Shown here piece by piece: positions 7,426-16,844 of a stretch of 49,726 nucleotides of DNA. Under the pieces are notes generated by a model. The model was given only the letters and a program-made list of their open reading frames with translations, made no database searches and was not told where the DNA came from. Origin of the DNA: Pirellulales bacterium (GTDB lineage: Bacteria; Planctomycetota; Planctomycetia; Pirellulales; DASRSE01); NCBI GenBank assembly GCA_035656655.1, contig DASRSE010000134.1, forward strand, positions 1-49,726, read 5' to 3'. Position numbers and translations under genes: made by a program. Each line of letters starts with the position of its first letter. Position 1 is the stretch's first letter.

Positions 7426-8376
7426 ATGACCATCCGTCTGCTTCCCCTTTGGCTCGGTGCGATCGTCCTCTTGGCGACTGCGCCGGCCTTCGCGCAACAC
7501 CGCATTCTCGTGCAAGGCAATGACAAGCTCGCGATCGTCAAGGCCGACGGCAATATCGAATGGGAAATGCGCTGGGGCGACACGCACGACTTGGACCTGC
7601 TGCCGTCGGGCAACATCTTGATCCGCGAAGGCGCGGCCAAAATCGTCGAGATCGATCCCAAAACGAAAAAGGTCGTGTGGTCCTATGATTCCGCCAAGGA
7701 AAATGGCAACGCCGGCAAGGCGGTCGAGGTGCATGCCTTTCAACCCCTTCCGGACGGACACCTGATGATCGCCGAAAGCGGCATCGGCCGGATCATCGAG
7801 ATCGATCATGACGGCAAGCTGCTCAAGCAAATCAAGCTGAAGATCGACCATCCGAGCACCCATTCCGATACGCGGCTGGTGCGCAAATTAAAAACGGGCA
7901 ACTATCTAGTCAGCCACGAAAACGACGGCTGCGTGCGCGAATATGACGGCGGCACCGGCAAAGTGATTTGGGAATTCCCTGTCCCGCTGTTCGGCCAAGA
8001 GCCCAAGGGAGGGCACGGGCCGGAAGCCTTCGGCAACCATACCTTCGCCTCGGTCCGGTTGAACAACGGCAATACGCTCATCTCCACCGGCAACGGCCAT
8101 AGCGTGCTGGAAGTCACCCCCGACAAAAAAATCGTCTGGGAAATCCACCAGCACGACCTCAAGGGAATCACGCTGGCCTGGGTCACGACGCTGGAAGTCT
8201 TGCCGAACGGCCACTACGCGATCGGTAACTGTCATGCAGGCAAAGGCCAACCGCTGGTGATCGAGCTCGACCCGAAGACAAAAGAAGTCGTGTGGACGTT
8301 CGATCAATTCGACCGGTTTGGCAACGCGGTCTCGAATACCGAATTGCTCGACGTCAAAGGAGACGTGATTCGCTAG
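7426..8376 (+). CDS. Secreted beta-propeller repeat protein (PQQ-like/ASST-like repeats)
   Basis: 316 aa. The signal peptide is MTIRLLPLWLGAIVLLATAPAFA/QH. Repeated G(K/N).(V/I)WE(F/I/M) blade-like motifs recur roughly every 45-60 aa. Confidence 0.8.
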   Translation: MTIRLLPLWLGAIVLLATAPAFAQHRILVQGNDKLAIVKADGNIEWEMRWGDTHDLDLLPSGNILIREGAAKIVEIDPKTKKVVWSYDSAKENGNAGKAVEVHAFQPLPDGHLMIAESGIGRIIEIDHDGKLLKQIKLKIDHPSTHSDTRLVRKLKTGNYLVSHENDGCVREYDGGTGKVIWEFPVPLFGQEPKGGHGPEAFGNHTFASVRLNNGNTLISTGNGHSVLEVTPDKKIVWEIHQHDLKGITLAWVTTLEVLPNGHYAIGNCHAGKGQPLVIELDPKTKEVVWTFDQFDRFGNAVSNTELLDVKGDVIR

Positions 8377-8405
8377 CAGCTTGGTTTGGCTTTGGCCTGG
8401 TATTT

Positions 8406-8567
8406 CGTCATCCGCGCGCAGGCGAGAATGACGGTATGAGAAAGCGGTATGGCATTCGTCATTCCCGCGCAGGCGGGAATCCAGCGGCGGCAGGCCGATC
8501 GGCGGTGCACTGGATTCCCGCCTGCGCGGGAATGACGGTACGAGAAACCGTCGCCGTTCGCGGGAAT
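8406..8567. repeat. Cluster of REP-like palindromic elements (core attcccgc-N4-gcgggaat)
   Basis: Unit at 8406-8433. Units at 8457-8484 and 8510-8537 are perfect 28-nt reverse complements of each other (cgtcattcccgcgcaggcgggaatccag). A partial unit lies at 8553-8567. Two units are followed by gta[t/c]gagaaa. Confidence 0.75.
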
Positions 8568-8629
8568 GGAGAGGACTCAAAAGGTCGCGTCATGGCAAGA
8601 TTGTTACTGCGAACTGCGCCGGGAGAGCC

Positions 8630-9550
8630 ATGCTGAAGACTACGGCGGCGGCGCTCCAGTGGTATGATTCGCGGCGCGGCGAGGACCCCGTTCGTTGGCG
8701 GCAGACGGAGCTCAGGCGGGGCTCGATCGAACCGCCGCGCACGAATCTGTTTCAGATCTATTGGATCCGTGCGGGCGAAGGCCAGTTTTTCGCGGACGCC
8801 GGCGACCATCGCTACCAGCGCGAGCGGTTGTTGTTTTTCACCCCTTATCAGTATCTGCGGTTTCTGCCGGCCCGCGCGGGCCACGCCGACGTGTTGCAAT
8901 TTCACGCCAATTTTCTCTGCGTGGAAACCTTTCACGCGGAGACCGGATGCAGCGGCGTGCTGTTCAATGACCCGTATGGCAGCCCGCAGATCGCGCTGGA
9001 TCGCGCGAGCAAAACCGAATGGAGCCACCTGTTGAGCCGCATCCGCGACGAACTCGCCGCGCGGCGGTTGGCCTACCAAGAAGTTTTACGGAGTTATGTG
9101 CGGGCGTTGTTGATCGTGGCGACGCGGCGCAAGCTGGACTCGCGCCGCCGCGCGGTTCGCGGCGCGGCCTCGTCGCATCCGATTCTCGAGGAGCTCCGCG
9201 AAGCGATCGAAGCCAACTATCCGCGGTTGCATGCGCCGGCCGATTATGCGGCCTTGCTGCACGTCACGCCGAAAACCCTGGGGCGAATTGTCCGCCAGGA
9301 GTTGAACAAAACTTTGACGAACCTGATTCGCGATCGGCTGCTAATCCATGCCAAATGGCAATTGCTCCATACGCGCCAGCCAATCAAGCAAATCTCCGCC
9401 GAGTTGGGCTTTCGCGACGAACTTTATTTCAGCCGCTTGTTCAAAAAGGGAACCGGCGTTTCGCCCGCCTTTTTTCGCGAGTTTGAATGGGAGATTCGCG
9501 GCACGAGCAATTTGTCCATCCCTTCGGGCAATTCGCCCATTCAAGCGTAG
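8630..9550 (+). CDS. AraC/XylS-family transcriptional regulator (cupin-like N-terminal domain plus double HTH)
   Basis: The C-terminus reads LLHVTPKTLGRIVRQELNKTLTNLIRDRLLIHAKWQLLHTRQPIKQISAELGFRDELYFSRLFKKGTGVSPAFFR, a typical AraC HTH pair. Confidence 0.9.
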   Translation: MLKTTAAALQWYDSRRGEDPVRWRQTELRRGSIEPPRTNLFQIYWIRAGEGQFFADAGDHRYQRERLLFFTPYQYLRFLPARAGHADVLQFHANFLCVETFHAETGCSGVLFNDPYGSPQIALDRASKTEWSHLLSRIRDELAARRLAYQEVLRSYVRALLIVATRRKLDSRRRAVRGAASSHPILEELREAIEANYPRLHAPADYAALLHVTPKTLGRIVRQELNKTLTNLIRDRLLIHAKWQLLHTRQPIKQISAELGFRDELYFSRLFKKGTGVSPAFFREFEWEIRGTSNLSIPSGNSPIQA

Positions 9551-9626
9551 CCGCGCAGCGACGATACTCTGAATCGGGCGGTCGCACGGGGCGGCCGGCC
9601 GATTCCTTTTTTTCCCAGGTGCCGCA

Positions 9627-10220
9627 ATGAGTCTCCTCTCGGTCTATCAAACTATGGCCCGCGCCGATCGGCTGGGCGTTTGTGTCACGCGTCTCGGCTT
9701 GATCGTTGTGTTGCTGTGGATCGGCGGTCTGAAGGCATTTCGCTACGAGGACGAAGGAATCATCCCGTTCGTCGCGAACAGCCCCTTCATGCGATTCTTG
9801 CTGGCCGATCCGGACCACTACCAGGCGCACAAAAACCCGGAAGGGGCCAATGTCCCTGCCAATCGCGAATGGCACGAGCAGAATCGGACGTATCTGTTTG
9901 CGTATGGATTGGGATCGCTCATCGTGCTGTACGGCCTGCTGCTCTGCTTCGATCCGTGGCTGCCGCAGGTGGCCGCGATCGGCAGCTTGCTGGTGTTCCT
10001 CATGTCGCTCGTGACCTTGTCGTTTCTCATCACCACGCCGGAGTGTTGGGTGCCAAACTTGGGGGGCGAAGTCCACGGATTTCCGTATCTGAGCGGCCCC
10101 GGGCGGCTGGTCATCAAAGACGCCATCATGATGGGCGCGGCGCTGGTGACGATGGCCGATTCTGCGAAAAAATATCTCGTGCGCCGGGCTGCCAAGCCGC
10201 GCAGCGCGACGAAACTTTAG
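9627..10220 (+). CDS. DUF417 family inner-membrane protein (YkgB/RclC-like)
   Basis: 197 aa with about 4 TM segments. The motifs GGLKAFRYEDEGIIPFVANSPFM and VTLSFLITTPECWVP...GFPYLSGPGRLVIKD...MADSA match my memory of E. coli YkgB/RclC. I could not run an alignment. Confidence 0.75.
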   Translation: MSLLSVYQTMARADRLGVCVTRLGLIVVLLWIGGLKAFRYEDEGIIPFVANSPFMRFLLADPDHYQAHKNPEGANVPANREWHEQNRTYLFAYGLGSLIVLYGLLLCFDPWLPQVAAIGSLLVFLMSLVTLSFLITTPECWVPNLGGEVHGFPYLSGPGRLVIKDAIMMGAALVTMADSAKKYLVRRAAKPRSATKL

Positions 10221-10236
10221 CGGCCGGAGACGCCGC

Positions 10237-10650
10237 TCAGGCGACGGTGTTCACCATCCAAGTGATGCCGAATCGATCGACGACCATGCCAAAACAGGGG
10301 GAGAAAAACGTTTTGCCGATCGGCATGCTGATTTTTCCTCCGTCGCTGAGGCCTTGGAACAGGCGCTGCGCCTCGGCCGCGTCGCGCGTTTGCAACGACA
10401 CGGCAAACCCGCCAAATTTCGCTTGGCCGCTGCAATGGCCGTCGGACGCCATCACTACGCTCTCGCCGACGCGAAAGCTGACGTGCAATATCTTCTGTTC
10501 CGAGCCGGGCGGAATCTGGTCCGCCGGCACGGGATCAGGCGCATCGCCGTAGCGCATCAGCATCTCGACTTTCGCGCCCAGCGCCTGCTGATAAAACTCC
10601 AGCGCCTCTTCGCATTGGCCCTCGAAAAAAAGATAGGTTTGCACGAGCAT
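10237..10650 (-). CDS. VOC/glyoxalase-fold protein, PhnB-like
   Basis: 137 aa. The pattern LFFEGQCEEALEFYQQALGA...ILHVSF...MASDG...MPIGKTFFSPCFGMVVDRFGITWMVN is characteristic of PhnB-like proteins. An AGGAG Shine-Dalgarno lies upstream of the ATG. Confidence 0.8.
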   Translation of the reverse strand: MLVQTYLFFEGQCEEALEFYQQALGAKVEMLMRYGDAPDPVPADQIPPGSEQKILHVSFRVGESVVMASDGHCSGQAKFGGFAVSLQTRDAAEAQRLFQGLSDGGKISMPIGKTFFSPCFGMVVDRFGITWMVNTVA

Positions 10651-10746
10651 CGGTGTCTCCTTGCGGCAAATAGGAATTCATGAAGAAGGGAACGATTTTG
10701 CGGCCGAGGTGCTTCGCGCGCGGCCTGCCCGCGGCCCTGGCCGCAC

Positions 10747-11103
10747 CTAGGTTTGCGGCAGTCCGGTCAACTCCAGCACGGGCCGGATTTCGACCGTTCC
10801 TTTTCGCGCGCCCGGCACGCGGCCCGCGATGCCGATCGCTTCATTTAAATCTTGCGCTTCGATCAGAAAGTAGCCGCCGAGTTGTTCGCGCGTTTCGGCG
10901 AAGGGCCCATCGGTCACGAGCCGCTTGCCGCCGCGGACGCGGACGCTGGTTGCCGAGCCGACCGGCTGCAACGGCGAGGCGGCGACGAACTGCCCGCGAG
11001 CATACAGTTCGTGCGTCAGATCGGTCGATTCCTCGTAGCAGTCTTGGCGTTCCGCGTCGGTCCACGCATCCTCGGCCGCATAAATCAGCAGCATGTATTT
11101 CAT
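10747..11103 (-). CDS. YciI-family / DGPF-domain protein
   Basis: Internal ATG of track ORF 10747..11181. The sequence is MKYMLLIYAAEDAW...LVTDGPFAETREQLGGYFLIEA, which carries the DGPF motif. Confidence 0.85.
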   Translation of the reverse strand: MKYMLLIYAAEDAWTDAERQDCYEESTDLTHELYARGQFVAASPLQPVGSATSVRVRGGKRLVTDGPFAETREQLGGYFLIEAQDLNEAIGIAGRVPGARKGTVEIRPVLELTGLPQT

Positions 11104-11161
11104 GGCGCACTCCAGAGCTTGAATCGAGAGGTTTCGTCGAAGGCTGGCGAACGGCCAGCGG

Positions 11162-11596
11162 CTACGATTTCTGCGCGGCAATCTGTTCGCGCAAGCGAGT
11201 TTCGTGTTCGAGGATCTGAGGCGTCAGTTCGGCGCCGAAGTCGGCCGGATCGAAGATTTGCCGAATTTCAATCAAACCCTCTTCGCCCGCGCCCATCGGA
11301 GCGGGACAGCGCTTCACCCAATCGATTGCGGCTTGAAGCGATGCGACTTTCCAAAGCCAAAAGCCGGCGACCAACTCCTTCGTTTCGGCAAACGGGCCGT
11401 CGATGACGGTGGCTTGACCGTCTTTAAAGCGAACTCGCGCCCCTTTTGAACTTGGATGGAGCCCTTCGCCCGCTTGCATGATGCCGGCCTGAACTAATTC
11501 TTCGTTGTACTTGCCCATCGCTTCCAGCAGCTCGCGTTTCGGCATCGCGCCGGCCTCATAGGCAGCGTTTGCTTTGACCATCACGATAAATCGCAT
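11162..11596 (-). CDS. YciI-family / DGPF-domain protein
   Basis: Internal ATG of track ORF 11162..12145. The sequence is MRFIVMVKANAAYEAG...TVIDGPFAETKELVAGFWLWKV. An AGGAG Shine-Dalgarno lies upstream. The upstream part of the track ORF is antisense to the sigma-factor gene. Confidence 0.85.
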   Translation of the reverse strand: MRFIVMVKANAAYEAGAMPKRELLEAMGKYNEELVQAGIMQAGEGLHPSSKGARVRFKDGQATVIDGPFAETKELVAGFWLWKVASLQAAIDWVKRCPAPMGAGEEGLIEIRQIFDPADFGAELTPQILEHETRLREQIAAQKS

Positions 11597-11681
11597 CGTT
11601 GTTTCTCCTGAAAAATGGGGCTCGCGAAAGTCGCCCGCCGCGGACCGGCCGGACTTCGCAAGATTGGTTGAACGTAAAATA

Positions 11682-11708
11682 GTCGTCTGGACTGATCTCG
11701 TTTCGACA
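11682..11708 (-). promoter_or_regulatory. Candidate ECF42-type promoter TGTCGA-N17-CGAC upstream of the DGPF gene
   Basis: The minus strand reads TGTCGA (11708-11703), a 17-nt spacer, then CGAC (11685-11682), about 86 nt upstream of the ATG at 11596. The match to the reported ECF42 motif is from memory. Confidence 0.35.
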
Positions 11709-11826
11709 ACGGGCCGTTTTTTTTTGGAAAATTCCTTTTTGCCGGCGCCACTGCGAATGGTGGTTCGTTCCGGCCGCGGCGAGCCTGAAAAAACGATCGT
11801 CGCCTGCTCTCCAGTCCGCCGTGCGA

Positions 11827-13080
11827 TCAGGCCGGCGGCTCGGAAAGTTCCTCGAGCCGGCGCTGCAAAAAACGGCGTTCCGGCGCTTGATTGGCCAGCG
11901 CGAGTGCTTGCCGATAGGCCGTTTTCGCGTCGTGCAGATTTCCCATCCGCCGCAACAGGTCGGCCCGCGCGGCATGCGCCAGATGATAGTCGCTCAATGC
12001 GCCGCGCGCGAGGATCGCATCGATCCGCGCCAATCCTGCCGCGGGTCCGTCGCGCATCGCCAAGGCAACCGCTTGGTTCAACTCGACGACGGGCGATTCG
12101 CCCAGGCGGAGCAACCCTTCGTATAAGGCGACAATCTGAGCCCAATCGGTGGCTGCCGCCGTCGGCGCCGAGGCGTGCACGGCCGCGATGGCCGCTTGAA
12201 TCGAATATCCGCCCGGCTCCTGCGCCAGCGCCTGTTCAACGAGGCGAATCCCTTCGGCGATTTGCTCTTGATTCCAAAGCGCCCGGTTTTGCTCTTCCAG
12301 CAAGATGAGCTCGCCAGTGGGAGATGTTCGCGCCGGCCGCCGCGACTCGGTGAGCAGCATCAGGCCCAGCAGCCCCAGCGTTTCTGCGTGCGGCAGCAAA
12401 TCCACCAGCAGACGGCCGAGGCGGATCGCCTCGCTGGTCAGGTCGGGCCGGGTCAGCACAGCGCCCGACGAGGCGGAATAGCCTTCGTTGAAGACGAGGT
12501 AGATGACCTGCAAGACCGCCTCGAGCCGTTGCGGCAATTCCTCCGGCGCCGGTAGTTGATACGGAATCCGCGCATCGCGAATTTTGGTCTTGGCCCGCAC
12601 GATCCGCTGCGCGAGCGTGGCCGGCGTGGTGAGAAAGGCGCTGGCGATTGCTTCGGTCGTCAGCCCGCAGACCTCGCGCAGCGTCAAGGCGACTTGCGCG
12701 TCCTGGCGCAGGGCCGGGTGGCAACACGTAAACACGAGCCGCAAGGGATCGTCCGCGATCGTTTGTTCGTCCGGTTCCGGTTCGGCGGCAGGCAGGCGCG
12801 CGGCCAGTTCGCCGAGCGAGGCGTTAAAGCGCGCTCGCCGCCGGAGCGCATCGATCGCCCGAAATCGGCCAGTCGAAACGAGCCACGCCCGCGGATTCGC
12901 CGGAATGCCCTCGCGCGGCCACTGTTCTAGCGCCGCCGCAAAGGCATCGTGCAGCGCTTCTTCGGCCAACTCAAAATCGCCCAACAGACGGATCAAGGTG
13001 GCAAACACCCGCCGCGATTCGCTCTGATAGATGGCATCGACTTGCTGCCGGGTCGAGTCCGCAAGAGGGTTGCTGGCCAT
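11827..13080 (-). CDS. ECF sigma factor with a long C-terminal TPR-like extension (ECF42-type, COG4941-like)
   Basis: Region 2 reads RRVFATLIRLLGDFELAEEALHDAFAAALEQWP. Region 4 reads LTLREVCGLTTEAIASAFLTTPATLAQRIVRAKTKI. The family-typical NEGY motif is present, followed by about 200 aa of helical extension. Start at ATG 13080 (MASNPL); ATG 13140 is an alternative. The track start at 13320 overlaps ctaF. Confidence 0.88.
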   Translation of the reverse strand: MASNPLADSTRQQVDAIYQSESRRVFATLIRLLGDFELAEEALHDAFAAALEQWPREGIPANPRAWLVSTGRFRAIDALRRRARFNASLGELAARLPAAEPEPDEQTIADDPLRLVFTCCHPALRQDAQVALTLREVCGLTTEAIASAFLTTPATLAQRIVRAKTKIRDARIPYQLPAPEELPQRLEAVLQVIYLVFNEGYSASSGAVLTRPDLTSEAIRLGRLLVDLLPHAETLGLLGLMLLTESRRPARTSPTGELILLEEQNRALWNQEQIAEGIRLVEQALAQEPGGYSIQAAIAAVHASAPTAAATDWAQIVALYEGLLRLGESPVVELNQAVALAMRDGPAAGLARIDAILARGALSDYHLAHAARADLLRRMGNLHDAKTAYRQALALANQAPERRFLQRRLEELSEPPA

Positions 13081-13205
13081 ACCGAAAATCTCGCGCTGCG
13101 CTCCGTTAAGCACCGGTTCACTCCGCTCCGTGCGGTCCATTGGAGCGAACCCGCGCCGTGGAATCAACGGCCGCCGCGCGCGGAACCGGCGCCGCGCGAG
13201 CCATT

Positions 13206-13496
13206 TCAATAAGCGAGCAGCGATCGCGTGAGATAATCGCTGAGCGTAAAAGCGACCAGAATCGCGAACCAAAACAGGCCTCCCGCGAACATGATCCAGG
13301 TCAGCCGGGCGCTGTACCAAGCGTGCATGAAGATCAAGATCACGAGCGCCCCCTTGGCCGCGGCGATTCCCAGCCCGACGATCAGATGCCAGCGGCCCAG
13401 GTCCACGAACGAGACGCCGACTGTTAATAGCGTCAGCAGCAGCAACGCGCCGTAGACGATAAAATAGACGCCCGGAGAAATCACTTTTTCGGACAT
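13206..13496 (-). CDS. ctaF: Cytochrome c oxidase subunit IV (prokaryotic caa3-type small subunit)
   Basis: 96 aa from the internal ATG (MSEKVISPGVYFIVYGALLLL...). It has three hydrophobic helices and sits directly after subunit III. Confidence 0.75.
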   Translation of the reverse strand: MSEKVISPGVYFIVYGALLLLTLLTVGVSFVDLGRWHLIVGLGIAAAKGALVILIFMHAWYSARLTWIMFAGGLFWFAILVAFTLSDYLTRSLLAY

Positions 13497-13518
13497 GACA
13501 AACCTCTTCTCCCTCGAG

Positions 13519-14190
13519 TCAGACGAGACTGGTCCGCGTCGCCACGAGATAGAGCAGCGGCAGCAGAAAGATCCAGACGACATCGACAAAATGCCAATAT
13601 AAGCCGAAGACTTCCACCGGCGTGTAATAGGCAGGCGAAAACCGGCCTTGTTTCGCCCGCACGGTCAGCAGCAGTAAAATCACGATCCCAATCGTCAAGT
13701 GAATCGCATGCAGCCCGGTGAGCACGTAGTAGAACACCAAGAACAATTCCACATGCTCGGGGCGCGTTTCGGCCGAAAACCATTCCGACGGCTGAAACGC
13801 CAGGCCAGGGACCAAGTTCTCGCGGTAATCGAGATAATACTCGACTCCTTTAAGCACCATGAACAGCGTCCCCAAGAGGGCCGTCAGGCTCAGACAGAGG
13901 ACCAGCCGGCGCTGCAAGTTGACCTGCGCGGCATGCACCGCCAACGCCATGGTCAAACTGCTCGTCAGCAGGACGCCCGTGTTGATGCCCCCGATCAGCA
14001 GATTCAAATGGTCGCTGGCCAAGGCAAACGCGCGCGGAAACTGCATCCGGTAGACGATGTAGCCGGTGAAGACGGCGCCGAAGACCATGATTTCGGTCGC
14101 GAGAAAAATCCACATTCCGAGCTTCCCTGCCTCGCGCTGTTGCTCGGCGGTGTCGAAATGCGAAGCGCGATGCGAGCTATCCGTTGACAC
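13519..14190 (-). CDS. ctaE: Cytochrome c oxidase subunit III
   Basis: 223 aa with a GTG start. The sequence [21 protein letters not shown] and the multi-TM pattern are typical of CoxIII. It overlaps the ctaD stop by 14 nt. Confidence 0.92.
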   Translation of the reverse strand: MSTDSSHRASHFDTAEQQREAGKLGMWIFLATEIMVFGAVFTGYIVYRMQFPRAFALASDHLNLLIGGINTGVLLTSSLTMALAVHAAQVNLQRRLVLCLSLTALLGTLFMVLKGVEYYLDYRENLVPGLAFQPSEWFSAETRPEHVELFLVFYYVLTGLHAIHLTIGIVILLLLTVRAKQGRFSPAYYTPVEVFGLYWHFVDVVWIFLLPLLYLVATRTSLV

Positions 14191-15829
14191 GATCGTCCTC
14201 GCGGTAAGAGTACTCGTAGGGTCCGCTGGTCACGATCGGCGTTTCGTCGAAGTTTTCGGTCGGCGGGGGCGAAGGAGTTTGCCATTCCAGACCGGTCGCT
14301 CCCCACGGATTAGGTCCGGCGATTTTGCCATATTTGAGCGAATAGAGAAAATAGCAGAGGGGCAGCAAGTAGCCGAGCGCCAGAATCGAAGCCCCCGCCG
14401 ACGACATCACGTTCAGCACCTGAAAGCGGGGCGCATAGTGGTGATAGCGCCGCGGCATGCCAAGGTAACCGAGGACAAATTGGGGCATGAACGTGAGAAT
14501 AAAACCGAAGAAGATCAACAGCGCGGCCAGTCTGCCCCACCCCTCGGAATACAAGCGGCCGGTCATTTTCGGCCACCAATAGTGGAGCGCCCCCATATAA
14601 GCCATCACCATCCCTCCGACCATGATGAAATGAAAGTGGGCGATTACGAAGTAGGTGTCATGGACGTGAATATCGACCCCCAGCGCCGCGAGAAACAAGC
14701 CCGTCAGTCCGCCGACGGTAAAGAGCCCGATAAACCCGAGCGAAAAGAGCATGGGCGTGTGATAGGTGATCGACCCCTTGTAAAGCGTGGCGGTCCAGTT
14801 GAAGACTTTGATGCCCGAGGGGATCGCCACGAGATAACTCATTAGTGAAAAAGCCAGGGCGGCGTAGGCCGACTGTCCGGCGACAAACATGTGATGCCCC
14901 CAGACCAAGAATCCGAGCACGGCAATGCCCATGCTGGAGAAGGCGATAAAGGTATAGCCAAAAATGTTCTTCCGCGAAAAACACGGAATGATCTCGCTCA
15001 CTACGCCCATCCCCGGCAGAATCATGATGTACACCGCCGGATGCGAATAGAACCAAAACAAGTGCTGAAACAAGAGCGGATCCCCTTGCCGGCTGGGGTC
15101 GAAAATCCCGATCCCCGTGATTCGCTCGATCGCCAACAAAGCCAGCACCATCGTCAGGACCGGCGTGCCGAGCAAGAAGATGATGCTCGTCGCGTACATC
15201 GACCAAATGAACAGCGGCAGGCGAAACCACGTGAGCCCCGGCGCGCGCATGCGGTGGATCGTCACCAAGAAATTCAGTCCGGTCAGAATCGACGAAAAGC
15301 CGACAATCAAAATGCCAAACGCCATCGGCAAGACATTCGTATTGGCCTTGGCCGTGCTATAGGGCGTATAGAAGGTCCAGCCGGTGTCGGTCCCGCCGCT
15401 CAAGATCGCCCACAGGACAAACACCGCGCCGACGATATAGATGTACCAACTCAGCAAGTTGAGACGCGGAAAGGCGAGGTCGCGGGCGCCGATCATCAGC
15501 GGCACGAAAAAATTGCCCAGCACCGCCGGAATCGAAGGGATCAAAAAGAAAAAGACCATCACGACGCCATGCATCGTGAACAGTTTGTTGTAGGTCTGAG
15601 TGCGGACCAGCGCGCCGTGCGGGGTGAGCAATTCCAAGCGGATCAACGTGGCGGCGGCCCCGCCGATAAAAAACATCAGCGTGATCGAAATCAAATACAA
15701 CAGCGCGATGCGCTTATGGTCGGTCGTGAGGAGCCACGACTTCACCCCGTACGATTCGTTCAAATAATTCGTCGGCGCGGCCGGCGGCAACGGCTGAATC
15801 AGGGGCGGTTTTGGCTTCGAGGGGTCCAT
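14177..15829 (-). CDS. ctaD: Cytochrome c oxidase subunit I (heme-copper oxidase)
   Basis: 550 aa. Characteristic sequences: [53 protein letters not shown]. Confidence 0.97.
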   Translation of the reverse strand: MDPSKPKPPLIQPLPPAAPTNYLNESYGVKSWLLTTDHKRIALLYLISITLMFFIGGAAATLIRLELLTPHGALVRTQTYNKLFTMHGVVMVFFFLIPSIPAVLGNFFVPLMIGARDLAFPRLNLLSWYIYIVGAVFVLWAILSGGTDTGWTFYTPYSTAKANTNVLPMAFGILIVGFSSILTGLNFLVTIHRMRAPGLTWFRLPLFIWSMYATSIIFLLGTPVLTMVLALLAIERITGIGIFDPSRQGDPLLFQHLFWFYSHPAVYIMILPGMGVVSEIIPCFSRKNIFGYTFIAFSSMGIAVLGFLVWGHHMFVAGQSAYAALAFSLMSYLVAIPSGIKVFNWTATLYKGSITYHTPMLFSLGFIGLFTVGGLTGLFLAALGVDIHVHDTYFVIAHFHFIMVGGMVMAYMGALHYWWPKMTGRLYSEGWGRLAALLIFFGFILTFMPQFVLGYLGMPRRYHHYAPRFQVLNVMSSAGASILALGYLLPLCYFLYSLKYGKIAGPNPWGATGLEWQTPSPPPTENFDETPIVTSGPYEYSYREDDRVNG

Positions 15830-15837
15830 AAATCGAG

Positions 15838-16830
15838 TTATTTCTTCGGAGGAGCGACAGGCGGCGGAAAGCTTTCGACACGCGACGGCGTTTCCCCCGC
15901 CTTCAACGATTTCAAAAATGCCAGCAAGGCGACCATTTCCTCCTCGGAAATCTGGCCCTGAAAAGTCGGCATGATCGGCTCGTAGCCCAACACGACTTGG
16001 GCGTCCGGCTTCATCACGGAGTTCCGCAGATAATTGTCATCGGCCAGCGCGAAGCCGCCGTTGCGCAGCGCCACGCACTGCAAGTATAAGTTTTCCAGCA
16101 CCGGAGCCCGCGCGTGCGCATCGGCGCTGTGGCAACTGACGCAGCGGTACTTGAGAAAGATCTTGCGTCCCTCCAACGCCAACGAGCCCTCGGCATGCGC
16201 ATCGAGCCAATGTTCATAATCGGCGCGCGATGTCACCACCACCGTGCCGATCATGCCGGAATGATTCGTCCCGCAATACTGCGAACAGAACAAGTCGTAG
16301 CGGCCAATCTTGGTCGGCTCGAACCAGAGATGGACGTAGCGGCCGGGCAAGACGTCGATTTTGGCCCGAAAATCCGGCACGAAAAAACTGTGGATCACGT
16401 CTTCCGAGGTCAAGGTCAAGCGGACCGGCTGACCGACGGGCAAATGCAGCTCGTTGATCTCGCGCTGACCTTGTTGATGCTGCAATTTCCACATCCACTG
16501 CTTCCCCACGACGTACACCTCGTCTCCGCCGGGCGGAGGCTGGCTCACATAAAAATAGACGCGCGCTCCCCACGCGAACATTCCCAGCGAGATAATCAAA
16601 GGAATGATCGTCCAGGTCAGCTCGAGCTTGAGCGACGACGTGATGCGCGGCGGGATCGGCGTCCCCGGCCGCCGGCGATAGCGGATCGCAAAATAGACGA
16701 CCGTCGCCAGAATGCCCAGCGAAATGATCGTCGAGATGCCGAGCAAGAAAAAGAACAGCGCATCGACCCGCTCGGCGCTGGTGGACGCCTGGGTGGGAAA
16801 GAATTCGACTTGAGCGAAGAAAAGCGGCAT
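15838..16830 (-). CDS. ctaC: Cytochrome c oxidase subunit II with a fused C-terminal cytochrome c domain (caa3-type)
   Basis: The CuA site is [13 protein letters not shown]...[14 protein letters not shown]-terminal CVSCH heme-c motif is present. Confidence 0.95.
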   Translation of the reverse strand: MPLFFAQVEFFPTQASTSAERVDALFFFLLGISTIISLGILATVVYFAIRYRRRPGTPIPPRITSSLKLELTWTIIPLIISLGMFAWGARVYFYVSQPPPGGDEVYVVGKQWMWKLQHQQGQREINELHLPVGQPVRLTLTSEDVIHSFFVPDFRAKIDVLPGRYVHLWFEPTKIGRYDLFCSQYCGTNHSGMIGTVVVTSRADYEHWLDAHAEGSLALEGRKIFLKYRCVSCHSADAHARAPVLENLYLQCVALRNGGFALADDNYLRNSVMKPDAQVVLGYEPIMPTFQGQISEEEMVALLAFLKSLKAGETPSRVESFPPPVAPPKK

Positions 16831-16844
16831 CGAGAATCAGACCT

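Noticed and set aside
7906-8580. A 224-aa minus-strand ORF containing the peptides SFPRRRESS and LDSRLRGNDE.
   Set aside because: Those peptides are the well-known artefactual translations of REP-type palindromes. The rest of the ORF is antisense to the beta-propeller gene.
13081-13320. The extended N-terminus of the ECF sigma ORF (track start 13320).
   Set aside because: The extension overlaps the ctaF coding region and is Arg-rich. ECF region 2 begins about 25 aa after the ATG at 13080, which is the usual distance.
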